Below, piece after piece: positions 27,894 to 38,430 of a stretch of 64,000 nucleotides of DNA. Source of the DNA: Nitrosopumilus sp. (GTDB lineage Archaea > Thermoproteota > Nitrososphaeria > Nitrososphaerales > Nitrosopumilaceae); NCBI GenBank assembly GCA_965249555.1, contig OZ252243.1, positions 864,001 to 928,000 on the forward strand, written 5' to 3'. Position 1 is the first letter of the stretch. The number at the start of each line of letters is the position of its first letter. The position numbers and the translations under genes are program-made. The notes below the pieces were generated by a model. It saw only the letters and a list, made by a program, of their open reading frames with translations, ran no database searches and was not told the origin of the DNA.

Positions 27894-28964
27894 TCATAAA
27901 TTTTTTTTCAGAATTTTAATTATTTTTTCAGAAGCATTACCAATTCCATAAGGCGATTTTTTATTTTTTATTTGAGGGTTTTTTGAGGTTTTTTTAATTG
28001 ATGATAAAATTTTAGAATAAGATGTACCAACAAGTTCTGCAAACCCGGATTTGACTGATTCTGGTCTATCTGTAGTTTTACGTACAATTATTGCTTTTTT
28101 CATAATTCTAGGTGATGTAATCTCTTCTTGAATTCCACCAGAATCAGTTAAAATAAACTTAGATTTTTTCATCAATTCTAATATTTCAAAATAACCTACA
28201 GAATTTATCAGGAGAATATTTTCAGAATTTTTAATTTTATCATACAAATTAAATTCTTTTAATTGTTTTATGGTACGTGGATGAACAGGAAAAACAACAT
28301 CTTGTTTAGAATGTAAAACAGCTTTAATTATTGCAGATAATGAATTTTTATTATCAACATTCTCTGCTCTATGCAAAGTCATTAGTATATAATCATCAAT
28401 ATCAACATCTACAGAAGATTTTTTGGTGGAAATTTTAGAGTATTGATTTATTGAATCAATGATTGTATTTCCTGTGATAAAGGATTTACCATGAACTTTT
28501 TCAGCTATAAGATTTTTGTATGCATGTTTTGTTGGTGCAAATAAATATTCAGACAAGTGATCTGTCGCAATTCGATTATGTTCTTCAGGCATTCTCCAAT
28601 CATAACTTCTAAGTCCTGCTTCAACATGACTAACTGGAAATCCTGACTTTAATGATGAAAGAGTTGCAGATAAAACAGTATTAGTATCACCTTGAACTAT
28701 AATTGTATCTGGTTTTATCTCCTGTAAAATTTTTGAAAGTTTTAAAATAATTTGACTCATTTGAATAGAAGGATTAGATTTAGAAATTTGTAATGAATAA
28801 TCAGGTTTTCTTAAACCAAGTTGATCAATAAACTTCAGACCCATAGAATAGTCATAATGCTGTCCAGTGAATATAACAGAAGAATTTTTTGTAGACAGTT
28901 TGTTGATTATAGGTGCAAGTTTGATTATTTCAGGTCTGGTACCCATAATTATTGCAGTTTTCAT
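27894..28964 (-). CDS. wecB: UDP-N-acetylglucosamine 2-epimerase (non-hydrolysing)
   Basis: GTRPEIIK, TGQH, VQGDT, HVEAGLRS, PEEHNR and TDSGGIQEE motifs. Confidence 0.96.
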   Translation of the reverse strand: MKTAIIMGTRPEIIKLAPIINKLSTKNSSVIFTGQHYDYSMGLKFIDQLGLRKPDYSLQISKSNPSIQMSQIILKLSKILQEIKPDTIIVQGDTNTVLSATLSSLKSGFPVSHVEAGLRSYDWRMPEEHNRIATDHLSEYLFAPTKHAYKNLIAEKVHGKSFITGNTIIDSINQYSKISTKKSSVDVDIDDYILMTLHRAENVDNKNSLSAIIKAVLHSKQDVVFPVHPRTIKQLKEFNLYDKIKNSENILLINSVGYFEILELMKKSKFILTDSGGIQEEITSPRIMKKAIIVRKTTDRPESVKSGFAELVGTSYSKILSSIKKTSKNPQIKNKKSPYGIGNASEKIIKILKKNL

Positions 28965-29075
28965 GCTATACAGGCACGTATATTATCTAACTTATTATTG
29001 ATTATTGTAGACGAAATTTATCATATACTAGGAAATCTAATCAAATTTGTTAGGAATTAGAGGTATGAAATTTAC

Positions 29076-30026
29076 ATGAAAATTTTATTTATTGCACCTA
29101 GATTCGAAGGGGGGATTGGAGGACATGCATCTAGGGTTGCAGAGAAATTAAGAGAAAACGGTTTTGAAATAAAATTGATGCAAGTTTCGAGTATTCCAAT
29201 TAAAAAATTAAAAAATCCTAGTTTTGCGTTATTTAGTACAATCAAATCAATTGTTAGTAGAGAAAAATATGATATAGTTCATGCATTCAATGTTCCATCA
29301 GCTTTTGCAATGCGATATGTTAAAGCAAAGAAACGAGTTCTTTCAGTGCACGGAATGTATTCTGATCAAGTAAATGCATTACATTCTAGAACTACAGCTA
29401 ATGTGGCAAAGCTGGCTGAAGTAAAGGTGTTGAAATGGGCAGATAAATTAACTACAGATTCAATGATGGTTAAAAAACAATATAAAGAAAAACTAGGAGT
29501 TGATTTTGATTGTATCTATGCTCCATTAGATATAAAAAAATTCAAAGATATACCAGATATTCCAAAAAAAGAAAAACAAATTGTATACATAGGGAGAGAT
29601 AGTTATGAAAAAGGAATTGATGTATTAAGAAAAATAGAAAATAAAATTGATGCTGATATTGTTTATTGTACAGATGTAGAATGGAAAGAAGCAATGATTA
29701 AACTCAAAGAATCAAATATTCTGGTTATTCCTTCAAGAATGGAAAGTATTCCACAAGTAATTAAAGAAGCATTTTTTCTAAAAATACCTATTATTGCAAC
29801 AAATGTAGGAGGAATTCCAGAGTTGGTTACTCACAAAGAAACAGGAATGTTAGTACCTCCAGATGATCCAAAAAAATTGGAAGAAACCATCACGGAATTA
29901 TTATCAAACAAAGAATTAGCAGAAAAGATTGCAAGTAATGGATTTGATTTTGTCATGAATAATCTTACTTGGGAAGTATTATTACCAAAATACATTAAAT
30001 TTTACGAAAAATTGTTAAATTCTTAA
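29076..30026 (+). CDS. Glycosyltransferase family 4
   Basis: GGIGGH, IGR...KG and PSRMESIP...EA...ATNVGGIPE motifs. Confidence 0.93.
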   Translation: MKILFIAPRFEGGIGGHASRVAEKLRENGFEIKLMQVSSIPIKKLKNPSFALFSTIKSIVSREKYDIVHAFNVPSAFAMRYVKAKKRVLSVHGMYSDQVNALHSRTTANVAKLAEVKVLKWADKLTTDSMMVKKQYKEKLGVDFDCIYAPLDIKKFKDIPDIPKKEKQIVYIGRDSYEKGIDVLRKIENKIDADIVYCTDVEWKEAMIKLKESNILVIPSRMESIPQVIKEAFFLKIPIIATNVGGIPELVTHKETGMLVPPDDPKKLEETITELLSNKELAEKIASNGFDFVMNNLTWEVLLPKYIKFYEKLLNS

Positions 30027-30029
30027 ATT

Positions 30030-30926
30030 TTAAAACAGCGTACTAAGCCCTTCTTCTAACTTCGTAACAGATTCCCAATCCAGTGTCTTTTTTGTTAATG
30101 TTACATCAGCTTGACTATTTTTAACATCACCATCTGGAAGTTTATCAAAAACAGGTTCAATTTCTTTTCCAGATATTTTAATCATCAAATATGCAAGATC
30201 TTTAATTGAAATTACAATTCCCGTTCCAATATTAAAAAAATCATGATCAATAGAACTATTCATTGCAGCAAGATTAGCTCTTGCAACATCTTTAACAAAA
30301 ATGAAATCTCTAATTTGAGAACCATCACCAAAAATTATTGGTGGTTTGCCGACAGAAATATTTTCTAAAAATTTAGTTATTACACCTGCATAATCCAAAG
30401 TTTGTCCTAATCCATACACATTGAAATAGCGTAATCCAATAATTTGTACACCTAATTTAGAATATTTTTCAGCTAAATATTCATCTTCAAGTTTTGTTAA
30501 TCCATATGGATTAATTGGTTTGCGTTCAAAATCTTCTGTAATTGGAATTTTGTCAATATTACCATAAACACTAGAGCTGCTAGCATAAACAACTTTAATT
30601 TTGAATTCTTTTGCGATTTTGAAAATATTTTCTGTTCCAGTGATGTTTACCTTTTTGTATTCATCTTCTTTTTCATAAGACTCTGGTACTGAAGTTAGAG
30701 CTGCTTGATGAAAAATTCCATCAACATTTTGGAGAGCACTCCTTATCTTTTCATAATCCAAAATATCTAGTTTGACAAGATGAATTTTATCCTGTATTCC
30801 TTCTAAATTTGACATTCTTCCTCTAAACAGATTATCAATTACTGTAACATCATGTCCCTCAGTTACAAGATGTCTCACAAGATGACTTCCAATAAACCCA
30901 GTACCACCTGTAACAGCAAAATTCAT
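30030..30926 (-). CDS. NAD-dependent nucleotide-sugar epimerase (GalE/WbpP-like)
   Basis: TGGTGFIG, ASSSSVYG, YGLTK and LRYFNVYG motifs. Confidence 0.93.
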   Translation of the reverse strand: MNFAVTGGTGFIGSHLVRHLVTEGHDVTVIDNLFRGRMSNLEGIQDKIHLVKLDILDYEKIRSALQNVDGIFHQAALTSVPESYEKEDEYKKVNITGTENIFKIAKEFKIKVVYASSSSVYGNIDKIPITEDFERKPINPYGLTKLEDEYLAEKYSKLGVQIIGLRYFNVYGLGQTLDYAGVITKFLENISVGKPPIIFGDGSQIRDFIFVKDVARANLAAMNSSIDHDFFNIGTGIVISIKDLAYLMIKISGKEIEPVFDKLPDGDVKNSQADVTLTKKTLDWESVTKLEEGLSTLF

Positions 30927-31032
30927 GAGAAATTATGATATTTAGACATGTTTAAGCCTTCAGAAATACTCGAAATGAACAAATTAATAAACTGAAATAA
31001 ATGCAACAAATCAAAAATAGAGTGTAAGATAG

Positions 31033-32415
31033 ATGAATCAAGAAAAGATTTTTTCATTAGAACTTAATGAAATTAAAAAATTAATCGATAAAAATGAAAC
31101 ATCCGTTTGTGTAATTGGAATTGGGAGAATAGGTTTACCAACAGCATTATCATTTGCAAAATCAGGTTTTAGAACGGTAGGTGTAGATATTAATGAAGAA
31201 TTAATAAATAAAATCAAAAATAAAGATTTTCCATTAAAAGATGAACCTGGATATCAAGAGATTTTTGAAAAGGTAATTAGTAATGGAAAGTTTACAGTCA
31301 CTACAAAAATTGAAGATGTGATACCTAATTCTCAGATAATTCTTTTATCACTTCCCACACCAATGGACAAAAATAATGTTCCAGATTATACTGCATTAAG
31401 AACAGTTGCAAAACAGTTAAAAAATTTAGTTGTTTCTGGTTCGATAATAATTGTTGAAAGTACAATTGAACCAGGTTTTATTGAAAATGAGTTTATTGAT
31501 CTAATAGAAAATAAAGAACAAGAAATTAAAGCTGGTGAGGATGTTGGGATTGGCGTATGTCCTGAAACTGCTAATCCTGGTGAAATCATGAAAGATTTTG
31601 AAAAACTTCCTAGACTAGTAGGAGCTACGGATGTAAAAACTACAGAAATAATTACAGAAATTTACAAACATGTTTTCCCAGTAGAGTTGATAAAGATGCC
31701 AAACTGTAAAACTGCAAATGCAGTAAAACTTACAACAAATATTTTTCGTGATGTGAATATAGCATTTGTAAATGAATTAGCAATACTGTTTGAGAAACTA
31801 GGTATAGATATTAAGACAGTTCTAGAAGCAGCAGATAAAAAATATAATTTTCAAATTCATTTTCCAGGAGCTGGAGTTGGAGGCCCATGTTTACCAGTAA
31901 ATTCATATCAAATGCTAAATTCCGCAAAAGAAATTAGTGAAGATTTGCTAAAAATGGTGAAACTAGGCAGAGAAATCAACGAGTCTATGCCATATCATGT
32001 GATAGATTTACTAAAAGATGCTCTAAATGAAGGAAACAAACAACTCGAGTCATCAAAAATTCTAATTTTAGGGATTTCATACAAACCTAATGTTAAAGAT
32101 ATTCAATTATCTCCTGCAGAAGTAATTATTTCAGAATTAAAAAAATTAGGTGCAGAAATTAGAATTTTTGATCCATATTTCAAGGCGACTTCAGTTTATG
32201 GAATAGAAACTGCAAATGATTTAGATGAAGTTATTTCAGAAGTTGATGCTGTAATCATAGTCACAGCTCACAATGAATTCCAGAATATCAAACCAGAATA
32301 TTTTACATCAAAAATGAAATCTCCAATAATAGTTGATTCTAGAGGAATAATTGATATTCATGCAGCAAAGAAAGCTGGTTTAGTTTTCAGAGGATTAGGT
32401 CGTGGAAAAATCTAA
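31033..32415 (+). CDS. wecC: UDP-N-acetyl-D-mannosamine/glucosamine dehydrogenase
   Basis: GIGRIG, LPTP, EST, KLTTNIFRDVNIAF, GVGGPC catalytic motif and GISYKPNV; lies near wecB. Confidence 0.88.
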   Translation: MNQEKIFSLELNEIKKLIDKNETSVCVIGIGRIGLPTALSFAKSGFRTVGVDINEELINKIKNKDFPLKDEPGYQEIFEKVISNGKFTVTTKIEDVIPNSQIILLSLPTPMDKNNVPDYTALRTVAKQLKNLVVSGSIIIVESTIEPGFIENEFIDLIENKEQEIKAGEDVGIGVCPETANPGEIMKDFEKLPRLVGATDVKTTEIITEIYKHVFPVELIKMPNCKTANAVKLTTNIFRDVNIAFVNELAILFEKLGIDIKTVLEAADKKYNFQIHFPGAGVGGPCLPVNSYQMLNSAKEISEDLLKMVKLGREINESMPYHVIDLLKDALNEGNKQLESSKILILGISYKPNVKDIQLSPAEVIISELKKLGAEIRIFDPYFKATSVYGIETANDLDEVISEVDAVIIVTAHNEFQNIKPEYFTSKMKSPIIVDSRGIIDIHAAKKAGLVFRGLGRGKI

Positions 32416-33622
32416 TTCGATTTCCTTATCACCTGATTCGATTAATAATATTCTAACATTAAGATATAATCCGTCAATAAGTCCAACACTACCAAAATTA
32501 ACATGGAGTGATTTTACATCAACAAATAACAAATTATCAATAGAATTTATTGAAAAATCGATGAAAAAGACATTACAAAATTCCATTAATGATGATTGTA
32601 AAAAAATATCAATTGCATTAAGTGGTGGAATAGATTCTACATTAAATTTAGCATTATTACGTAAGACTTTTCCCAATATACAGATATCAGCAATTTCAAT
32701 GCATTTTGCAGATAGTGTTGATGAAACACCACAAGCTGCAAAGATAGCAGAACACTTTGATGTTGATCATGAAATTATACATTTAGATAATTTTCTTGTT
32801 GAGCTGCCAAAAGCTATCAGTATAACAAAACAACCATTTTGGGATCTTCATTGGTACCATATTGTGAAGAAAGCAAAATCACATGGTGATTACTTAATTT
32901 CAGGTGATGGAGGAGATGAGTTATTTGGCGGATATACTTTCAGATACCAGAAATTTCTGTCCTTAGTAAATCATGATTCATCACCTATTGAACGAGCAGA
33001 GTCCTATTTACAATGCCATGAAAGGGATTGGGTGCAAGATCAAGCAGATTTGTTTGGCAAAAAGATCAAATTCTCATGGGGAAAAATACATGAAAATCTT
33101 CTTCCATATTTTGATAATTCATTATCTTTAATACAACAAGTTTTCTTGGCAGATTACAATGGAAAATTGTTATTTAATTTTAGTCCAATGAATTCAGCAT
33201 TCCATGAACATTTTAGCATAAAATCAATTATCCCATTACTATCTGAAGAGATGATTTCATATGCTACTCATCTAGAAACAAATCAAAAATATGATAAAAA
33301 AAATAACATTGGAAAACTTCCACTAAGAAAGTTACTTTCAAATTACATTGATAATAATCTACTAACACAAACAAAGCAAGGATTCTCAGTAAACACTACA
33401 AATCTGTGGAAATCTCATGGTTACAAATTATGTAAAATGTATCTACATAATGCAAGAATAGTAAATGATGGATGGATTAATTTATCATGGTTAGAAAAGA
33501 ATCTAAAAAGCGAACTAGATGTAAAATATATCAATAAATTTTTAGGATTGTTAGCTTTTGAGATTTGGTATAGAATTTTTGTTACAAATGAGATGGATTC
33601 GAATACATTATTAGAAATATAA
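32402..33622 (+). CDS. Asparagine-synthase-like amide ligase, synthetase domain only
   Basis: ALSGGIDS, SGDGGDELFGGY and KQGFS; paralog of 8955-10163. Confidence 0.88.
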   Translation: MEKSNSISLSPDSINNILTLRYNPSISPTLPKLTWSDFTSTNNKLSIEFIEKSMKKTLQNSINDDCKKISIALSGGIDSTLNLALLRKTFPNIQISAISMHFADSVDETPQAAKIAEHFDVDHEIIHLDNFLVELPKAISITKQPFWDLHWYHIVKKAKSHGDYLISGDGGDELFGGYTFRYQKFLSLVNHDSSPIERAESYLQCHERDWVQDQADLFGKKIKFSWGKIHENLLPYFDNSLSLIQQVFLADYNGKLLFNFSPMNSAFHEHFSIKSIIPLLSEEMISYATHLETNQKYDKKNNIGKLPLRKLLSNYIDNNLLTQTKQGFSVNTTNLWKSHGYKLCKMYLHNARIVNDGWINLSWLEKNLKSELDVKYINKFLGLLAFEIWYRIFVTNEMDSNTLLEI

Positions 33623-33695
33623 AAAATTCCTAATGTTGTGTGTTAAAAATTCTTACAACTGGTTTTTATTTCCCCCATTTTGAATCTAAATTAAC

Positions 33696-34739
33696 ATGAA
33701 AGACTCATTGGTAAAATATCTAATATGTCCAAAATGTAGTCAAAAGTTTACATTAAAAATTAAGAAAAAAATCAAAAAAGAAATTATTGAGGGGGATTTA
33801 GTCTGTTTAAAACAACACAAGTTTCCAATCATAAGAGGAATTCCTAGACTTGTTATAGATAAAACAATAAATTTTGTAAAAACTGAAGATTCTTTTTCAT
33901 CAAAATGGAGAAATTACAACAAAACATATCACACTAAGAAATGGTTTGATGGTCAAAAGAAATGGTTTCTTGAACGATTCGGTTGGAAAACATCATCTAA
34001 TTTCAATAAATTTTTGAAAACACGGAAAAAAATTTTAGATGCAGGAACTGGAATTGGAAATAGCGCAAAATTATTTTCATCCAACCCAAAAGCTGATGTA
34101 TTTGCAATAGATGCTAGTGAAAGCGTGAACTTTGCATACAAAAAATATGGAAATTTGCCAAATATCCATTTTTTACAGGCAGATATTAGAAATCTACCCT
34201 TTAAGAAAAATTTCTTTGATTTTATTTGCTCAGATCAAGTATTACATCACACAAAAGATACAGAGAGCTCATTTAAGATACTTGCAAAACTTTTAGCGAA
34301 AAAAGGAATAATTTCAATTTATGTTTACAAGATTAAAGGACCAATGCGTGAGTTTGCAGATAATTTCATACGAGAATCTACAACAAAGATGACTGAAAAA
34401 CAATGTATTGAATTCTCTAAAGATATGGCATTATTAGGAAAAAATCTCTCAAAAATTAAAAAAACAATAACCATTCCACGAGATATACCAACTCTTCAAA
34501 TTAAAGCTGGAACTTATGATGTACAGAGATTCATCTATTGGAATTTTCTAAAATGTTGGTGGTCTGGGAGTGTTCCATTTGAACAAAGTGTTGCAACAAA
34601 TTTTGATTGGTATTTTCCTGAATATGCATACAGACATTATCCAAAAGAAGTAAAAAAGTGGTTTAAAGACTCAAAGCTAATAATCACTCACTTTAATGAA
34701 ATTGAAAGTGGGATTAGTATTAATGGTAAAAAGATTTAG
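33696..34739 (+). CDS. Class I SAM methyltransferase with a Trm112-like N-terminus
   Basis: LICPKC...FPIIRGIPRL, ILDAGTGIG, VLHHTKD and NFDWY motifs. Confidence 0.88.
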   Translation: MKDSLVKYLICPKCSQKFTLKIKKKIKKEIIEGDLVCLKQHKFPIIRGIPRLVIDKTINFVKTEDSFSSKWRNYNKTYHTKKWFDGQKKWFLERFGWKTSSNFNKFLKTRKKILDAGTGIGNSAKLFSSNPKADVFAIDASESVNFAYKKYGNLPNIHFLQADIRNLPFKKNFFDFICSDQVLHHTKDTESSFKILAKLLAKKGIISIYVYKIKGPMREFADNFIRESTTKMTEKQCIEFSKDMALLGKNLSKIKKTITIPRDIPTLQIKAGTYDVQRFIYWNFLKCWWSGSVPFEQSVATNFDWYFPEYAYRHYPKEVKKWFKDSKLIITHFNEIESGISINGKKI

Positions 34740-34757
34740 AAAATTCTTTTAAAAATT

Positions 34758-36422
34758 TTACATTGTTGCTTGTTCTGCGTCATGGAACATCTGACTTTTT
34801 GCACAACCAGCAGCAAGTTCATCGCCTGCACCACGTCTCATAAGACCACGATAAAGGCCATCTTCTAGTTTGACGCCTTCTCTTTCTTCCCATTCCTCTA
34901 CAGTAATGGAGAATTTCTTTTGAATTCTGTCTCTATACCATTCAGGAATTACATTAAATGCACAGAATGGAACTATTCTAAGGTCCGGAGTTACATAGTG
35001 TATATCACATCTTTGTAGTCTTTCCAAATCTTCGTTGTATTTGTCTTGAAAGTGCATCATTCCAAGGAACAATCCCTTGACGTGCCACGAACCAATTGAA
35101 TCAAATGATCTCTTCATGAGTATATTACCAAACATCTTTGCTAGGTCTAGTCCTGCTGGTTGCTTTTTAGAATCAACAAATCCTTTGAGTTTTCTAACCA
35201 CCTCTAGCATTGTAAAGTACTTGTTTTTACCAGAACGAATCTCTTCTGCCTTATCCTCAAATAATTCCAACATTCCCTGAATATCACAGAATTTTGTTAG
35301 TGGGACAAACTTCTTTGTGTCTGCATCCTCAAAGATGTATGTTCCAGCCCCGCAAGCAAAGTGAATTGATAATTCATATTTTGGTTTGCTTGAGAATGCT
35401 TCAATTACATTTGTTAGTGGCATACAACTCGGTACTGGGAACCAATCATCAACAGTTACCTCACCGTTTGTTTGCTCTTCAATTCTTTGAACACAATCAG
35501 GAACTGTAATTCTGTATTTTTCACGTTCAGTTTTGCCCATTCTTCCAGTTAATGATACTGGTTGAAAGTTTACAGCATGGACTATATCCATGTTCTTTTG
35601 TGCATATCTGATAATTCCACCTAATTCGTGATCATTAATTGATTTGATTACTGTTGGAACAAACACTACAGAAGTACCAGTCTTTCTGCAACTATCAAGT
35701 GCATATGGAATCTCCCAGTGGTTCTTTGGGTTTGTCCTTGCAGTTACGCCATCAAAGGAAAGATACAAGTTGTTACATCCAGCAAGTCTTACTTCTCTTG
35801 CTGCCTCTGGATCCATTGCGTGTCGGATTCCATTTGTGTTCATTTGGATATGGTCAACACCTTCCTCCTTCATTATTTTAATAACATCAGCAATGTCTTC
35901 TCTAAGCATTGGTTCACCACCAGTAATTTGCATAGAGTTTCCTGGAATTGGCCTTTCAGCCCTTAGAGTCTTCATCATTGCTCTGATTTGAGTATGATCT
36001 GGCTCATACATGTAAGCGCCTTCAAGGCCTTTCTTTACATAAAAGAAGCAATACCAGCACGTTAAATCACATCTGTTAGTTACAATCATGTTTGCAAGTC
36101 CGCTGTGAGATAGGTGGTTTGAGCATAATCCACAGTTATTTGGACAAGAACATCGGTCAACCATTACGTTTGGAGAATGAGCACCTTTGCCATCCACCCA
36201 GTATGTACTGAATTTTTTATACATTTGATAAGAGCCAAAATACAACTCCTCACATTCGCCGTGAGTTGGACAGACTTTGGTCATAAAGACCTGATTATCT
36301 CGCTCAAAGACTTCTGCATCCAAAATCATGTTACAATCAGGACAGATACTTTGAGTGAATCGAATAGTAGTCTTTTTGCTTAGATTTTTAGTCGTTTGAT
36401 TAGATATCTGAATTAGAGCCAT
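34758..36422 (-). CDS. tes: Tetraether (GDGT) lipid synthase, radical SAM enzyme
   Basis: TQSICPDC...KVCPTHG, CSCPNNCGLCSNH, CDLTCWYC radical-SAM motif and C-terminal RCDIHY...PFC. Start set at the ATG at 36422, with a TATA-like box about 30 bp upstream. Confidence 0.9.
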   Translation of the reverse strand: MALIQISNQTTKNLSKKTTIRFTQSICPDCNMILDAEVFERDNQVFMTKVCPTHGECEELYFGSYQMYKKFSTYWVDGKGAHSPNVMVDRCSCPNNCGLCSNHLSHSGLANMIVTNRCDLTCWYCFFYVKKGLEGAYMYEPDHTQIRAMMKTLRAERPIPGNSMQITGGEPMLREDIADVIKIMKEEGVDHIQMNTNGIRHAMDPEAAREVRLAGCNNLYLSFDGVTARTNPKNHWEIPYALDSCRKTGTSVVFVPTVIKSINDHELGGIIRYAQKNMDIVHAVNFQPVSLTGRMGKTEREKYRITVPDCVQRIEEQTNGEVTVDDWFPVPSCMPLTNVIEAFSSKPKYELSIHFACGAGTYIFEDADTKKFVPLTKFCDIQGMLELFEDKAEEIRSGKNKYFTMLEVVRKLKGFVDSKKQPAGLDLAKMFGNILMKRSFDSIGSWHVKGLFLGMMHFQDKYNEDLERLQRCDIHYVTPDLRIVPFCAFNVIPEWYRDRIQKKFSITVEEWEEREGVKLEDGLYRGLMRRGAGDELAAGCAKSQMFHDAEQATM

Positions 36423-36538
36423 ACCTACATTGGGAATTTTTCTGAATTGGTATATAATGCATTTCATACTTACCCCCGTGGGGAGTTTAGGAGGTAGGCA
36501 TATGTGATTTAAATACCAAAACTGATCGAAAAGATCGC

Positions 36539-37306
36539 ATGAGCATATCTGATAGAACAAAAAAGGCTTTAGAAAAAATTGGTCTTACAAGTTATGAAAT
36601 TAGAACATTCTCTGCTTTACTTAAGGCAGGAGAACAAACAGCATCAGATCTTAGCCAAAAGTCAGGAGTGCCATATTCAAAAATTTATGAAGTGCTGGGA
36701 ACTCTAGAAGAGAAAAGTTGGATTGGCTCAGATGATTCAAGACCAACAAGATATTTTGCAAAATCACCATCAACAGGACTAGAAACTACAAAACAAAGAA
36801 TGGAAAATGATTTTTTACAGCATCAAAGTGTGATTCTAAACGAATTAGTTCCATTGTATGAGAAAAGTGGAACAAGTGAAAAACCAGACATTTGGGTACT
36901 TTCAGGGGGAGCCAACATTGCTGCTAAAATTTTAGAGATGGTAGAATCGTGTAGAAATGAAGTAATGATTGCATTACCTCAAGCTGGAGAAGAACTAGTC
37001 AAACAAGCATTACCAAAATTAAGATCACTTCATGATAAAGGAGTAGATATTACAATACTTGCTTCAGATACAATGGATAAAGAACACATAAAGGCAATCA
37101 AAAGAGTTGCAACTGTAAAAATCAAGAAAGGGTTGTTTGGAGGAGGTATAATATCTGACAAAAAATATGTGGTAATATTGTTAGGTCCAGAAATAGCAGG
37201 CGAAAGCTCTTCAGATATAGTTGCAATTTGGGCAGATCATGCCGGATTGGCAGGATTTGCACGTCAATACTTTGAATATTTATTAAAAGACTCAAAGAAG
37301 GTATGA
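36539..37306 (+). CDS. TrmB-family transcriptional regulator
   Basis: GLTSYE...SGVPYSKIYEVL...SRP winged-helix N-terminus. Confidence 0.92.
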   Translation: MSISDRTKKALEKIGLTSYEIRTFSALLKAGEQTASDLSQKSGVPYSKIYEVLGTLEEKSWIGSDDSRPTRYFAKSPSTGLETTKQRMENDFLQHQSVILNELVPLYEKSGTSEKPDIWVLSGGANIAAKILEMVESCRNEVMIALPQAGEELVKQALPKLRSLHDKGVDITILASDTMDKEHIKAIKRVATVKIKKGLFGGGIISDKKYVVILLGPEIAGESSSDIVAIWADHAGLAGFARQYFEYLLKDSKKV

Positions 37307-37307
37307 T

Positions 37308-37757
37308 ATGGACGTACTAAATGATGAAATCCTATTTGTAGGAACTGCAGAAGCAGAACATATAGAGATGTATCTAAAGGCAATTTGGCATATAAAAGAA
37401 AGAGGAGGAGATGTCAAAATTAGTACTATTGCAAAAATGCTCAATGTTAGACAGCCAAGTGTGGTTCAAATGCTCAAGAAATTAAACACCAAAGAGTTAG
37501 TTCACTACAACAAAGCAGGAGTAAAACTCACAGAGGAGGGTCAAAGAGTTGGTGCAAGTATGATGAGAAATAGTAGATTATTAGAGGTTCTCATGGAAAG
37601 CGCACTAAAAGTAGAAATTGATGAGGAAATGGTATGTGGTATTGAGCATCATATGAACAAACAATTTACAGATGCTCTGTGTACAATGCTGAAACATCCA
37701 AGAAAATGTCCGCATGATCACGATATTCCAATAGGCGAATGTTGTAAATCAGCTTGA
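37308..37757 (+). CDS. DtxR/MntR-family metal-dependent regulator
   Basis: EMYLKAI, PSVVQM, LTEEG, RLLE, CGIEH and CPH...IP motifs. Confidence 0.92.
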   Translation: MDVLNDEILFVGTAEAEHIEMYLKAIWHIKERGGDVKISTIAKMLNVRQPSVVQMLKKLNTKELVHYNKAGVKLTEEGQRVGASMMRNSRLLEVLMESALKVEIDEEMVCGIEHHMNKQFTDALCTMLKHPRKCPHDHDIPIGECCKSA

Positions 37758-37806
37758 GTGAAATTATATCCTAAAAGATATATCATCTTAGAAATTAAAT
37801 TTAAGC

Positions 37807-37971
37807 ATGACATGTTTTTGCGGCTGTGAAACATATGAAAAAAATGATGATGGATTCAAGATAGCATGTGTAAAGTGTGGACATGGACCTCAAAATCATG
37901 AGGATGAGTTTAGAGAAGCTGCAAGAAAGAATGAGTCACAAAGCCAAAAACGCGATGTAGACTTTGGATAG
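37807..37971 (+). CDS. Small Cys/His-rich putative metal-binding protein (54 aa)
   Basis: Manual translation: MTCFCGCETYEKNDDGFKIACVKCGHGPQNHEDEFREAARKNESQSQKRDVDFG; fills the intergenic gap. Confidence 0.75.
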   Translation: MTCFCGCETYEKNDDGFKIACVKCGHGPQNHEDEFREAARKNESQSQKRDVDFG

Positions 37972-37975
37972 AAAA

Positions 37976-38395
37976 CTATTCGCCAATTATTTTAACTAAA
38001 ACTCTTTTTGGTCTCTTTCCATCAAATTCTCCGTAGAAAATTTGTTCCCATGTACCAAAATCTAATTCACCATTAGTAATAGCAACTACCACTTCTCGTC
38101 CCATTACTTGTCGTTTTAGATGAGCATCTGCATTGTCCTCACCAGTTTTGTTGTGATCATACTGATCAATTGGTTCATGTGGTGCCAAGCCTTCTAACCA
38201 TTTTTCATAATCCTTATGCAAACCACTTTCATTGTCATTAATGAAAACACTAGCAGTGATATGCATTGCATTTACAAGACAAAGTCCTTCTTGGATTTTG
38301 CTTTTTGTAACCAACTTACTTACATTAGGAGTAATGTTCACAAAGGCTCGTCGTGTTTTGACATTAAATGTCAAATATTCAGTTAAAGATTTCAT
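37976..38395 (-). CDS. yjbQ: YjbQ/UPF0047 family protein
   Basis: HITAS...NDNE, NADAHLK and [16 protein letters not shown] motifs. Confidence 0.92.
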   Translation of the reverse strand: MKSLTEYLTFNVKTRRAFVNITPNVSKLVTKSKIQEGLCLVNAMHITASVFINDNESGLHKDYEKWLEGLAPHEPIDQYDHNKTGEDNADAHLKRQVMGREVVVAITNGELDFGTWEQIFYGEFDGKRPKRVLVKIIGE

Positions 38396-38430
38396 ATTTG
38401 CTCAAAGTAAATCATCCATTAAAATCCTAA

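Noticed and set aside
35077-36383. Several plus-strand ORFs opposite tes (likewise 43703-44080, 52615-53034, 53623-53967 and other short antisense ORFs)
   Set aside because: Antisense shadows of well-supported genes with no motifs of their own.
36423-36560. 46-aa N-terminal extension of Tes in the ORF track
   Set aside because: It overlaps the divergent trmB start and both TATA-like boxes; the ATG at 36422 fits better.
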